Positions 1 to 13,363 are shown, counted from the first letter of the stretch. The stretch: 64,000 nt of DNA from Octopus sinensis (GCF_006345805.1 NC_043002.1:5394001-5458000), one strand, 5' to 3'. Numbers and translations are program-made. The notes: generated by a model not told the origin, from the letters alone.

Positions 1-55
1 CCAACTCCATGCCAGCATGGATGACAGATGTTAAATGATGATGATGATGATGATG

Positions 56-86
<31 letters not shown>

Positions 87-282
87 TATGCGTGTGAGCA
101 CCTTGTCTTAACATCATGTGATGCATTACTTTCATACAAGCAATGTTGTTCTTTTCTGGTCTTCCACAGGAAAAACATCGAGCCAAGGAAAATATTACTT
201 TACTTGGAAAAGGTGACAGGTGGTGACAGGAAGGACATTTCTATGTTGAAAACCTGACTCAACAAATTCTGTCTGATACATG

Positions 283-313
<31 letters not shown>

Positions 314-1186
314 GTTTAACGTCCGCTTTCCATGCTAGCATGGGTTGGACAAGTTTGACTGAGGGCTGGCGAACCAGACAGCTGCACCAGGCTCCAATCT
401 TGATCTGGCAGAGTTTCTACAGATGGATGCCCTCCGTAACGCCAACCACTCCGAGAGGGTAGTGGGTGCTTTTTACATGTCACGGACATCAAATGATGAT
501 GATGATGATTCTATATCGAGCACCACATTATCCAACACTTGCCTTTTCAAAGACTACAGAAAGTGGTTCGACTGAAATTTGGTTGCTATTTCTAGCAGAA
601 CAAGCAGTCTAATAGAATTTTGCTCATTCTTAATCCCCAATGATTTTTGGCATCATTTTTGGCACAGTTCCATGAAATAGTCATCTGCAGCAGGTGAGAT
701 GCAGAACAAAATAGAGATTGGACATTCTCTATTTCTTTTCCCTCCCACTGGAATTAAATGCTGTGATGGCATGGCATAAATTAGACACTTTGCTTTGAGC
801 GTTTCTTTCTTGTATGAAAGTTTAATGACAACTGAAATAAAAATCCATTAATCCTTTTGATACCAGTCCGCTTGGGACTGGCTCTGATTCTATTAGACAA
901 AACTTTTAGTTTTAAAGTGCTCACAGTTTTAAATTATCACCTTCTATCATAATTTTATTTTACTCACTTTTGTTAATATATTCTCCAAACACCCACATGA
1001 TAAATGAAACAGTTAATTTACTAAATCCTGCTAGATCATTAATTATTTTCAAAATTAATTGAAGCACTAAATAGGTGGCACATTTCATTATAAGAATAGT
1101 CATGAAAATGTTAAAACGTTCAATAAATGTTTTCAGCAACCAACCAACCAACCATCCAACCAACCATCAACCAACCAGCAAACCAA

Positions 1187-1223
<37 letters not shown>

Positions 1224-3114
1224 TAGCCAGCCAGCCAACTGTTTGAATTGAAGCGACACATTTACAGAATCATTAGAACAAAGAACAAAAGGCGGCAAGC
1301 TGGCAGAAACGTTAGCACACCGGGCGAAATGCTTTGTGGTATTTTGTCTGCCGTTACGTTCTGAGTTCAAATTCTGCTGAGGTCGACTTGCCTTTCATCC
1401 TTTCGGGGTCAATTAAATAAGTACCTATTTCTTTACTGCCCACAAGAGGCTACACACAGAGGGAACAAACAAGGACAGACAAACGGATTAAGTTGATTAC
1501 ATCGACCCCAGTGCGTAACTGGTACTTAATTTATCGACCCCGAAAGGATGAAAGGCAAAGTCGACCTCGGCGGAATTTGAACTCAGAACATAACTGCAGA
1601 CGAAATACTGCTAAGCATTTCGCCCTTCGTGCTAACGTTTCTGCCAGCTCATGTACCAGTTATGCACTGGGGTCGATATAATCGACTTAATCCATTTGTC
1701 TGTCCTTGTTTGTTCCCTCTATATTTGTGGGCAATAAAGACATAAGAATCATTAGAACAAAGGACCAAATACTTGAGATATATATTCTGGCTTATACCTT
1801 GTGGTATTTGTTCTGACTCACCACACTCAAAGTTCAAATCCTGCTAAAGTCAACTTTGACTCTCATCCTCTCAGGGTCAATAAAATAAAGAGCCCATCCA
1901 GAATGGTGAACTGATGGAATTGTTGAAGTTTTGAACCAGATGATACTTTGTGTTCTGAATTCTTGTGTGGGGTTGATTTAATCCTCCACACCAGTGAACC
2001 CCTATCGATCCCTTTGATTCCCATTTTATTCTGGTGGACCCTCAAAGCTATTTTATGTTTAAAAAATCCTTTTGTATTTTCATAATTAAATTCTGTTGCT
2101 GTGTGGTAAGTAGCTTGCTAACCAACCACATGGCTCCGGGTTCAGTCCCACTGCGTGGCATCTTGGGCAAGTGTCTTCAGCTATAGCCCCGGGCCGACCA
2201 ATGCCTTATGAGTGGATTTGGTAGACGGAAACTGAAAGAAGCCTGTCGTATATATGTATATATATATGTATGTGTGTGTATATGTTTGTGTGTCTGTGTT
2301 TGTCCCCCCAACATCGCTTGACAACCGATGCTGGTGTGTTTACGTCCCCGTCACTTAGTGGTTCGGCAAAAGAGACTGATAGAATAAGTACTGGGTTTAC
2401 AAAGAATAAGTCCCGGGGTCGATTTGCTCAACTAAAGGCGGTGCTCCAGCATGGCCACAGTCAAATGACTGAAACAAGTAAAAGAGTAAAGAGTAAAGAG
2501 GAATTTATAGGTGCAGGAGTGGCTGTGTGGTAAGTAGCTTCCTTACCAACCACATAGTTCTGGGTTCATTCACACTGCGTGGCACCTTGGGCAAGTGTCT
2601 TCTACTATAGCCTCGGGCCGACCAAAGCTTTGTGAGTGGATTTGGCAGACGGAAACTGAAAGAAGCCCGTCGTATATATGTGTATATATATGTATGTGTG
2701 TGTATATGTTTGTGTGTCTGTGTTTGTATCCCCCCTCCACAACATCGCTTGACAACCGATGGTGGTGTGTTTATGTCCCCGTAACTTAGCAGTTCAGTGA
2801 AAGAGACCAATAGAATAATTACTAGGCTTTCAAAGAATAAGTCCTTTGCTCCACTAAAAGCGGTGCTCCAGCATGGCCACAGTCAAATGACTGAAACAAG
2901 TAAAAGAGTAAAAGAGTAATTCTATAATTATATATTTTGAAATATAAGCAATTGATTGCACATAAACACTAAAAACTAACTTCTATGGGAAATTAATTTG
3001 CTCTGCTAGTTTGGCAATATTCAGCTCCAATATTGGTAATGATCTCTTCTTTTTACAATGTGAGTCAGTTACGAATTTTCAACAGTAGGTCATGGTAAGA
3101 TGAAAGAAAAGCAA

Positions 3115-3213
3115 TTATGTACAACTGTGAATTCTCCAAGAATAGTGGATATTGTTTAGCATTGTCATTGCTTCTCCATACATTTTGAATCTTGCTTGAA
3201 ATATTTTCTCACT
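3115..3213 (-). CDS. Candidate terminal coding exon
   Basis: ttgcag acceptor. SEKIFQARFKMYGEAMTMLNNIHYSWRIHSCT then TAA. In phase with the previous candidate exon. Confidence 0.3.
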   Translation of the reverse strand, partial: SEKIFQARFKMYGEAMTMLNNIHYSWRIHSCT

Positions 3214-3284
3214 CTGCAATTCAATGAGATTCTTCAACAAAAAGATAGCTACGTCAACAGTATTAACTTCAAAATTTAATTTAA

Positions 3285-3519
3285 AAGGCGGTGAGCTGGC
3301 AGAAACATTAGCATGCCGGGCGAAATGCTTAGCAGTATTTCGTCTGCCGTTACACTCTGAGTTCAAATTCCGCCGAGGTCGACTTTGCCTTTCATCCTTT
3401 CGGGGTCGATAAATTAAGTAACAGTTATGCACTGAGGTCGATGTAATCGACTTAATACCTATGTCTGTCCTTGTTTGTCCCCTCTATGTTTAGCCCGTTG
3501 TGGGTAATAAAGAAATAAG
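3285..3519 (+). mobile_element. tRNA-derived SINE family A (about 235 bp); other copies at 1289-1745, 5150-5308, 16180-16416, 18399-18620, 20666-20899, 27855-28087, 30910-31500, 46236-46652, 62361-62782
   Basis: A-box-like GAGCTGGCAGAA, B-box GAGTTCAAATTCC, central GTCGACTTTGCCTTTCATCCTTTCGGGGTCGATAAATTAAGTACCAG, 3' end AAAGAAATA. Confidence 0.85.
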
Positions 3520-3564
3520 TATTAACTTCAAAAGGTATATTTAGCTTGAGTACTATTTACTTAC

Positions 3565-3615
3565 CCAAATAAAGTCAGAAATGGGAGAGTTTATACACGA
3601 TTGTGTTATGCACCA
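3565..3615 (-). CDS. Candidate exon; CTLD-f C-terminal strand
   Basis: gcatag acceptor, TGG|gtaagt donor. WCITQSCINSPISDFIW resembles the CTLD W-x(4-5)-C-x(6-7)-FIC pattern. Phase 0-0. Confidence 0.4.
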
Positions 3616-4030
3616 CTATGCACTATGATATTAACCGTTAGAGAAAAAAATCTAGTTGTTTCTTGCAAATATTACATCTAAAGCAAAATATTTTCATCAA
3701 CCTCTATTCACACTCAATTTTGCTCACTCCAACCTCACAAAATCTTACATGGATCCCTGGAGTCATATGGACCTGGGTTGAGAACCCTTGTTTCATGCAT
3801 TTTAACACCACCACTTAACCCTTTTTGTGCCTTTAATAGAATACATTTTGGTTGCATTTGACCTACATATCTGACAAGCCCAAATACTGATTTCATACTC
3901 CCAGCCAGAACCTTGCAAAAAATACAAGAAGTCAAAGCATTAACTGATTGCTTTAAAAGATGAACCATTTCATTATAGTTTGATGACAACAGGGTCCACA
4001 TACACAGATTGAAAACTTTTTAATGAGGTC

Positions 4031-4230
4031 GTAGTTAGTTAGCTAATCTCCTAGGGAGGCAATAGCTAATTAACCGATTTCTAAATGACATAATAGCTTA
4101 TTAACTGATTCCTAAATATGACAAAAGCTAGTTAGCTAATCGATAATGAAACAATAATTAGTTTGCTAATCTCTAAATGAGACAATATGCTGTTAGCTAA
4201 ACACTTAACAACACCTAGTTAATTAGCATA
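4031..4230. repeat. Degenerate tandem repeat of about 30 bp (about 7 units)
   Basis: Recurring AATAGCTAGTTAGCTAATC-like core with a more variable ~11-nt remainder. Confidence 0.7.
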
Positions 4231-4502
4231 TCATTATTTTATGCCTGTTTTTCCAAGTTGATATGGGTTGGACAGGTCATTACCCTCCAACTTGGTTGTT
4301 GTTTCGAGTTGCTTGCCTCTGAAATGAGTCGAAGGACTACTTCTTGAATGCATGTTCCAATTTTTGACAAGGTTCCTAGAGCTTGATGCCTTTACTAACA
4401 CCAAACACTTTATAAAGTGTATTGAGTGTACCTTATCATGGCACCAGCACCAAAGAGGTTGACTTGTCTCAACAAGACCTCTCAGTCCTATATTGTTCCT
4501 AC

Positions 4503-4650
4503 TTGTCTCAACCTTAAATTGTTTTCGCCATTCGAAACGAGACAATAGGCAATTAGTCTATCTCTTAATGAGATGCTACTAATTTTTTTTAAAGGATTGG
4601 TATAACCAACTGAACCGAAAACATTGATATTGCTACACATTATATTACCT
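4503..4650 (-). CDS. Candidate exon; degenerate CTLD-f loop region
   Basis: tttttatcaattcag acceptor, CAA|gtagga donor. In phase (2 to 0): (K)GNIMCSNINVFGSVGYTNPLKKISSISLRDRLIAYCLVSNGENNLRLRQ. Only weak CTLD similarity (VGYTN, YCLV). Confidence 0.45.
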
Positions 4651-6655
4651 CTGAATTGATAAAAAGCAAATCCAGTCTCACTTAAATTTGAACTTGAAGA
4701 ATTAGAACGAAATACTGTTAGGAATTTAAACCTGGCTTTTTTTATATCCACTAAATTATCATCTGGTACATAAAATTTTTCCTTTTAATAATAAGATCAA
4801 ATATCCTCAAGGATGGTCTAGTCAATTTAATTAACTCTGTGATATGACTGGTACTCTGGGGGTATGAAAGACAAAATTAATTCATTTTCCTCTTCATGTT
4901 TGCTTGGTCAGTTCACATGCTCATTGCCAGTCTCTGAGACCAGAAAGGATGATGCAGCTAATGTTACTCATGAAGAGATGTAACTCAACAAATGAGGGAA
5001 AACATGGGGGGGAGGGAGAGAATTCTAGAGGGACAACCATTTGTGGAAGAAGGGCTGAGTATAACCTAGTGGGGTTAACACAATATAGAATATTCTTTTC
5101 TACTCTAGGCAAAAAGCCCGATATTTTTAGGAGAGGGCCAGTCATTTAGATTGACCCCAGTACACAACTGGTACTTAATTTATCGACCCTGAAAAAGATG
5201 AAAGGCAAAGTTGACCTCAGCGGAACTTGAACTCAGAACGTAAAGACAGACGAAATACTACTAAGCGTTTCACCCAGCATGCTAACGTTTCTGCCAGCTT
5301 GCCACCTTCACAATATAGAATATTGTTGAATAGCTCAGTGGAACGGTAGGAAAGAACTGTAGAATAGTAGACAACTGTAGAGTAGAATAGTAGAGCAATG
5401 CTGCAGCAGAAGAGTAGAGATGTGTAGGAGAAGAGAAGAGTTGGGAGTGGTTGAGTGGAATGGAACAAAACCAACAAGACCTTTCAACATACAAAGTACA
5501 TCATCGAGGTTCAATTCTGGTTCAAGACTTCACTTACATAGTCAATGTTCTTAAAGAGTGGCATGAACACCACACATTCAAATTTTTTCTTTTCCTTTGA
5601 AATACAGTAGTCTTTTGTTTTGGGAAACGTAATGCTTATTTATTCACATTGTTTTGCATTATTTTGTAGTTCTAAGATTCCAATAACATCAAGCCTTTTA
5701 GAATGACATTGCCAGTGGCAGAATCTAACCAGTTTACACCTAAAATAGGATATTTGGGGTGGATGCAGCTGATTTAAATGCTAAATAGTTAACTCAGAAT
5801 TCTAAAGGACAAAACTATTCGTTTCAGCTACATCACTGTCTCTTAGTTTTTTTTTTTTTCCCCAAACAAAAGACCACTATATTTCAAAGAAGAGAAAAAA
5901 TTTGAATGTGTGGTGTTCATGCGTTTCTTTTAGAATATTAACTATGTAATGGAAGAGTTCTGAACCAGAATTGAACCTGGGTAATGGGGTTTTGTATTTT
6001 GAAAGATTTATTTCATGCTCTACAGCACATTTATGAATTAATAGTTGAAGACAAAAAATATATTTAAACCCCAAAATAATTGCTCCAAATTTGGGTTTAC
6101 ATCTGGTCGTCATTGTCGTTGGCATCCATCCGTCTCGAGAGACGATAGTGTAGCTTGGAAAAGGTGGTGGGTTTACAATACTGCTGGAGTGTCCTCCCCA
6201 GTCCTCTTCCTGATGAGCCACAAGGCCTGGGCAGGTTTGTATGAGGGATCAGCTGTTGCCCATGCAGTTTGATACCCCCCCCTCCACGCAGCTGGTAGCT
6301 CCGAGGGAACGATGGGTCGATACAGCTTGGTACACAACACGTCATCACGTCATCACCAGCAACACCTGCGACACATCTGGTACCCTTCATTCCCTTACAC
6401 CTGGTAGTATGCTGTTTAAAGCACATTCACTGTCTTCCGCTACCTGATGTTATCAGCTATGAAACATTTGCATCAAGCATTCATATCAGATGTTCGTGTA
6501 TTGTGTTACTGATTTCAGTCACTGGACAATGGACATAAGAAGAGAAGTTGATGAATTTGATGATGATGATGATGATGATGACGATGTTGGGAGTGGTTGC
6601 AGATGTTGTGATGAAGATGGCAATAATGATAAATGAAAAGGAAATTTAAACTTAC

Positions 6656-6717
6656 TTATTATCATGCACCATTGAATATGTATGGATTCCAATCCAGAAA
6701 AATCTTCGAGCAGAAAA
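6656..6717 (-). CDS. Multi-CTLD gene exon; CTLD-f WIGI strand
   Basis: ctaattaatag acceptor, AA|gtaagt donor. FSARRFFWIGIHTYSMVHDN. Phase 0 to 2. Confidence 0.85.
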
Positions 6718-7002
6718 CTATTAATTAGAACAAAAACAAAATTCAAAAGGATTTGGGAAAACCATTTTTTTCTTGTTTATCTCTCTTAAAAATATTTTTG
6801 AAATATTTTATAAAAATAGGCATAGGCATAGCTATAGGTGCAGGCATGGCTGTGTGGTTAAGAAGTTTGCTTCTCAGTTACATGGTTCCAGATTCAGTCC
6901 TACTGCATGGTACCTTGTACAGGTATCTTCTACTTTAACTCTGACCTGATCAAAGCTTTGTGAGTGGATTTGGTGGACAGAAACTGAAAGAAGCCTGTCG
7001 TT

Positions 7003-7048
<46 letters not shown>

Positions 7049-7086
7049 TGTATACACACACACATTTATGCATGTGTGTATTAATG

Positions 7087-8305
7087 TATGAGGGGCATTC
7101 AAAAAGTATCCGGCTTATTTTTCTCCACCAAAACTAATGCTGCATGGGCAAAATCCTTTAGGTGGGAGGTGGTGCCACCCTTCCTGCACATGTGGGAACA
7201 TTTTCTGACTGTTACGACTAGAGTACAGTCATGTACTGCTCACTCATTGGATTTTTGTTTCCATGTAAAATAATCAAATGCATCAGCAGAGACCATAAAC
7301 CCATGTCTCACCGCCAGTCACAATGGTCTTCATGAAGTCTGGGTTGTGGTTTACACAGTCCAGCATGTCCTGAGTTGCTTCTGCTGCTGCTGTTGCTGTT
7401 GAGCGAACGGTCTTCGTCCCAGAGCTCGCAAGACGGTAGAAGTCCGAAACGTGGTCCTTTGCTATTCGTAAGACCCGCAGAAGAGAAAGCAGGTCAACCC
7501 CCGACACCGAGAGCATCGACGGATGGATGAATGTGCATCCAGGTTCAGCGGTTGCGTAGGAAGTCGGGGACAAGAAACAGGAAGAAAGAGTGAGAGAAAG
7601 TTGGGGTGAAAGAGTACAACAAGGGCTGCCTTCCCCCCCCCCCTGCCGGAGCCTCGTGGAGCTTTAGATGTTTTTGCTCAATAAACACACACAACGCCCG
7701 GTCTGGGAATCGAAACTGCGATCCTCCGACCACGAATCCGCTGCCCTAACCACAGGGTCATTGTGCCTCCACTGCTTCTGCTGCTCTGCCAGCAATTTGG
7801 GGATGAATTTTGCTGACATTTTCTGCATACACAAATCCTCCTTTAAAATGGAATGCACTGATCCGGTGCTTATTCCCACATTATGAGCAATTTCCTAGAT
7901 TGTTACACAACAGTCTTCCATGGCTACTCACTGAACCTTCTCAATCGGCTCCTCATTTCGGTTTGTGGATGGCCTACCTGAGTGTGACCTGTTCTCCTCT
8001 GAGGTGTGGCCATGTTTGAAGCAGTTGTACCATCCTTGATCTGAGTTTTGCCCATGGCTGGCTGAATCTTCTGGATGGTTTGAGCTTGAGTATCATCAAG
8101 CTTTTGGCAAAAACTTGATAAATATCACTGCTTGATGTGTTGAGTGAAAACGAAAATCTTACAAGCACAAACCACATGTCTGTTACTCTAGGCAAAACAG
8201 CTGGAAACTGACGTGGCCTACCAGCATGAAAATTTTCACACATATGCAGGAAGGGTGGTGTCACTTCTCACCCAAAGGATTTTGCCCTTACATCATTAGT
8301 TTTTT
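7087..8305 (-). mobile_element. Non-autonomous mariner-type element with long inverted arms, interrupted by a SINE
   Basis: TA-TGAGGGGCATTCAAAAAGTATCC terminus. Transposase remnants GISTGSVHSILKEDLCMQKMSAKFIPKLL and FMKTIVTGGETWVYG. 7131-7212 is inverted-homologous to 8220-8303. Confidence 0.8.
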
Positions 8306-9000
8306 TTTTTTTATCTCAAGGTGTCCTTACTTCTTTTAATGGTATTAAGATGTAATTTAAGGAAGATTGTTGTGTTTTCTCTTTGTGTTTTCATGTTTGG
8401 ATTAACTATATATATATATATATACATGACGGGCTTCTTTCAGTTTCCGTCTACCAAATCCACTCACAAGGCTTTGGTCAGCCTGAGGCTATAGTAGAAG
8501 ACTATAGAAGATGCCACGCAGTGGGACTGAGCCTGAAACTATGTGGCTTGTAAGCAAGCTACTTACCACACAACCACTCCGACGCCATCGTACATTTTTT
8601 TAACTACTGTGCATATACAGTGTTATAGCTATTTCTAAGATAGTGAATTTGAGGAATAAATGGCTCGTTTTTAGCAGAATGAAGAACACTATAAAGGCAG
8701 ACCAATATCGTAGACCCTACATCCTCACTTGGTTAGCTAGAAATAGCAGCCAAATTTCCTTCAAAATACACCATATTGTCAGGAGAAAGAAAATAACATT
8801 TTGAATAATGTAGTTCTACATAAGCCTAAAAAGATAAGATGGGTATGTCTGGAATATCTTTGGTAACGAGTCTGCTTGATCAGGAATTAAGCTGAGGCTA
8901 ATGAGCAACAATACAACTATTATAGAGACTCTTTGACTGGCATAACTATTCCTAGAAACGAATGCAATGAGTTGAAACATAAGAAGAGTTTATAACTTAC

Positions 9001-9188
9001 GGCCATTGCTAGGAAATCATTCTCATCTTGGCTGTGGATCGATGCAATTCTTTTATTGTACAGCTCACAAACGGTCTTGCTCTTGTGCCATGTGACTTTC
9101 TTAAATTCAAATGCACTGACATAGCAGGATCCATTGAAATAAGGTCCCTGTAGTAAACTTCCTCTTTTACAATAGATATCCAAATTTT
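9001..9188 (-). CDS. Multi-CTLD gene exon; CTLD-f N-terminal part
   Basis: ttgttctag acceptor, GCC|gtaagt donor. ENLDIYCKRGSLLQGPYFNGSCYVSAFEFKKVTWHKSKTVCELYNKRIASIHSQDENDFLAMA. Phase 1 to 0. Confidence 0.9.
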
Positions 9189-11314
9189 CTAGAACAAGAT
9201 AAAGAAATGCATGAAAAGCAAAAACAAAAAAATCGTAAAAAAATACAAAACAAAACAAAAAAATTCTTAAATCATTTATAAACAAATTTCCAAATTACAC
9301 GTTAGGAAGGGCATCCAGCTGTAGAAACTTTGCCAGATCAGATTGGAGTCTGGTGCAGCCATCTGGTTCGCCAGACCTCAGTCAAATCGTCCAACCCATT
9401 ATTGACGACGACGACGACGACGACGATGATGATGATTCCAAATGACATGTTTACAAATATTCAAATTATATTTTCAAATTTTCTGAATTGAGACAGAGAA
9501 ATAAAAATATAAAAAGCAATGAAAGGAAGAAATAAAAGTAATCCTTAAATTACACTTTTTCAACAGTTGCTATTTTTGTCGTTTGGTTGCAGGCCAACCC
9601 TGATTGAGCAGACTTATGATTAACTCTTTACTCTTTTTACTCTTTTACTTGTTTCAGTCATTTGACTGCGGCCATGCTGGAGTACCGCCTTTAATCGAGC
9701 AACTCGACCCCGGGACTTATTCTTTGTAAGCCCAGTACTTATTCTATCAGTCTCTTTTGCCGAACCGCTAAGTAACGGGGACATAGACACACCAGCATCG
9801 GTTGTCAAGCAATGCTAGGGGGGCAAACACAGACACACAAACACACGCACGCATATATATATATACATATATATGACGGACTTCTTTCAGTTTCTGTCTA
9901 CCAAATCCACTCACAAGGCTTTGGTCGGCCCGAGGCTATAGTAGAAGACACTTGCCCAAGGTGCCACACGGTGGGACTGAACCCGGAACCGTGTGGTTGG
10001 TAAACAAGCTACTTACCACACAGCTACAATGCTGTTTATCATATATTTTCCAGGTTTATATTTCTACATTGTTGTGTAAGATGCCTTACATTATTCAATG
10101 CCCCATTAAGATGTTAAGGGTGAGCTGAAGGAAATTTGGTTTTCTAGCAAAGTTGAATGATCACACTATGTCTGTTGCTGATAATGGAGATACAATCCTG
10201 TTGGAATACTCATCCATGCATCCACCTTCCATCAAAAGAACAATGGCACCATATTCTGGACCTTACCTACTCAATTGTTTTCAGTTATGGATGGATAACT
10301 TACTGAGAAAGCTTTGTAAAAGCATGTGCTAACTCTAAGACTAGCTATTAGCTGTTACCCTGAAATGGTTTTACACAATAAAGCCATTACAGAATTCTCT
10401 TTTTTCTCCCCTTTTTTCATCTGCCTTTTGATGGTTTGATATGAACATACTCCTGTTTTTCTCTTCCTGATTAAAAGGAATTCTCTTGCATCCCTGTTTC
10501 TTTACTTTTTCTTCTTTTTTCTTTTGTTCCTGAGATATTTTTTTTAGCTATAACTCTTTTACTCTTTTACTTGTTTCAGTCATTTAACTGCGGCCATGCT
10601 GGAGCACCACCTTTAGTCGAGCAAATCGACTCCGGGACTTATTCTTTGTAAGCCCAGTACTTATTCTATCGGTCTCTATTGCCGAACCGCTAAGTGATGG
10701 GGACGTAAACACACCAGCATCGGTTGTCAAGCAATGCTAGGGGGACAAACACATACACACAAACACACACACATACACACACATATATATATATATACAT
10801 ATTTACGACAGGCTTCTTTCAGTTTCCGTCTACCAAATCCACTCACAAGGCATTGGTCGGCCCGGGGCTATAGCAGAAGACACTTGCCCAAGATGCCACA
10901 CAGTGGGACTGAACCCAGAACCATGTGGTTGGTTAGCAAGCTACTTACCACACAGCCACTTTTCCTCATTTAGTCTGGAGGGAAGGCAATGTTTATGATT
11001 CTTTACAGGGCCACTGAGATGGATGGGAGGCAGGGAGGAAGACATCCTCAAACTGGAAAGTTGGCCCAAATGCTTGCAACTGGGTGAACTCCTCTAAAAC
11101 CACTCAAAGTGCTGTTTAATGGTGTTACACTGGATGGCACTTAACATCTACCCCTCGTGTAGGCCATAGTGGGATTTGAACTCAGAACACAAAATGCAGA
11201 AACAAATACCTCTAAGCTTCTAGTTTTGCTAATCTGCTGCCCTGGATTGGTACTTTTGTCTTTTTTTTATGATACCAAAAGGATGAAAGGCATATATGAC
11301 CCCAGCAAGATTGC

Positions 11315-11725
11315 GCAGGAGTGGCTGTGTGGCAAGTAGCTTGCTTACCTACCACATGGTTCCGGGTTCAGTCCCACTGTGTTGCACCTCGGAAAAGTGT
11401 CTTCTACTATAGCCTCGGGCAGACCAAAGCCTTGTGAGTGGATTTGGTAAACGGAAACTGAAAGAAGCCCATTGTATATACGTACATATATACATGTGTG
11501 TGTATTAGTGTGTCTGTGTTTGTTCCCCCCCCCCGCCAACATCGCTTGACAACCGATGCTGGTGTGTTTACGTCCCCGTAACTTAGCAGTTCGGCAAAAG
11601 AGACCGATAGAATAAGTACTAGGCTTACAAAGAATAAGTTCTGGGGTCGATTTGCTCGACTAAAAGGCGATGCTCCAGCATGACCTCAGTCAAATGACTG
11701 AAACAATTAAAAGAGTAAAAGAGTA
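11315..11725 (+). mobile_element. tRNA-derived SINE family B (about 400 bp); other copies at 2095-2500, 2511-2918, 9622-10025, 10553-10960, 16007-16660, 19845-20240, 28940-29315, 40125-40515, 42005-42360, 55258-55650, 63195-63594, plus partials
   Basis: TGGCTGTGTGGTAAG A-box, GGTTCAGTCCC B-box, internal (TA)n(TG)n tract, (GTAAAAGA)n tail. Copies occur in both orientations. Confidence 0.85.
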
Positions 11726-13363
11726 AGGGTGCAGAGTATTGATATTTTACTTAAACTCAATAAAATAGGACATTTTTCTTTGGACACTTGACAAAAATCT
11801 TGAACCAAGTGGATGACCAGCTGTTAGCTTATCTGATTCTCTGTTCTTTGCTTATGCTATTACACTGGCCTGCCTTATAACATGTTTTGCTACCTTATTT
11901 CCTCTTCTTTGGTCACACTACTTTCACGGATTCTCACGGCTCTTAGTCACCATCTAATTCCATTGTTCATCATCATCATCATCATCGTTTAACGTCCGTT
12001 TTCCATGCTAGCATGGGTTGGACAGTTCGACCAGGGTCTGGGAAGCCAGGAAGCAGCACCAGGCTCCAGTCTGATCTGGCAGTGTTTCTGCGGATGGATG
12101 CCCTTCCTAACGCCACCCACTCCGTGAGTGTAGTGGATGCTTTTTACGTGCCACCAGCACAGGTGCCAAGGGAGGCTGGCAACGGTCACGATCTGTTGGT
12201 GCTTTTTACGTGCCACCAGCATGAAAGCCAGTCAAGGTGGTGCTGGCATCGGCCACGTTCGAATGGTGCTTTTTACATGCCACCAGCACAGCTGCCAGAG
12301 CTTAAGTCATAGCAAATCCTTCATTAGCTGATTATACAACCATTGAATACTATGGAATTCAATAGCCCCTATGAATACACTGCTGCTACTCTCTTGATTG
12401 AGCTTGATGATCCTGACCATTAAGCTTTTAGGATTCCTCCACTCAGTCTCAATGTAAGAAGCCCTATTGTCTCAGCTGAGTTCCTCTGCTACTTCTTCTT
12501 CTCAACCTACCATGCTACACTTCCATGACTTAGCTGTATCCCTGGCAGGATAGCTGAACAGGTGCCATACCTTGCCAAAGGACAACCAATAACTATGCAG
12601 GACATGGTTGTCACTTTGTGAGGTATTTTCAAAGTACCACATACCCTGCTAACTTATTACTTTCCTCATAATCTCATAAAGTACAATAATCAGTTTCATT
12701 AGAACTTCAGCACAATCTAGAATGATGGAATCCTTTTTTTTTATTCTAGTCATCATCTTCATTTTATTGCACTATTTAATTACAACCTGTTTTATGTCTT
12801 GAGTTCATATCATTGCTAAGGATTCTCTACAGGTCTTCTGAGATAGCTGGTTCTGATTTGGAGGGCTAAGACATTTGATGTCCTTTATGTAAGATAAACA
12901 CAGCATAGACTAATGGAGGAAATGACGCATGCAGTCTAGATTATATCTAAACCTACTCGTTTGTCAGAGAAAGGTTCATCATCATCATCGTTTAACGTCT
13001 GCTTTCCATGCTAGCATGGGTTGGACAATTTCGACTCAGGGCTGGCGAACCAGATGGCTGCACCAGACTCCAATCTTGATTTGGCAGAGTTTCTACAGCT
13101 GGATGCTCTTCCTAATGCCAACCACTCTGAGAGTGTAGTGGGTGCTTTTTACATGCCACCGGCACGGGGGCCAGTCAGGCGGTACTGGCAATGACCAGCA
13201 CAGGTGCCAGTAAGACAACGTTGGTAACGATCATGCTTGAATTGTGCCCTTTTACGTGCCAACGGCATGGAAGCCAGTTGGCTGATCTGGCAACGATCAT
13301 GCTCAGATGGTGCTCTTGGCACCCTACTAGCACGAGTTAAATAAAATAAAATGTTTCACTTAC

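Noticed and set aside
4031-4230. CRISPR-like repeat-spacer array
   Set aside because: Eukaryotic intron; repeats are degenerate, spacers are short and related, and there are no cas genes.
6211-6235. CTGATGA-GCC-acaa-GGC hammerhead-like start
   Set aside because: No GAAA follows the stem, and there is no stem I or III.
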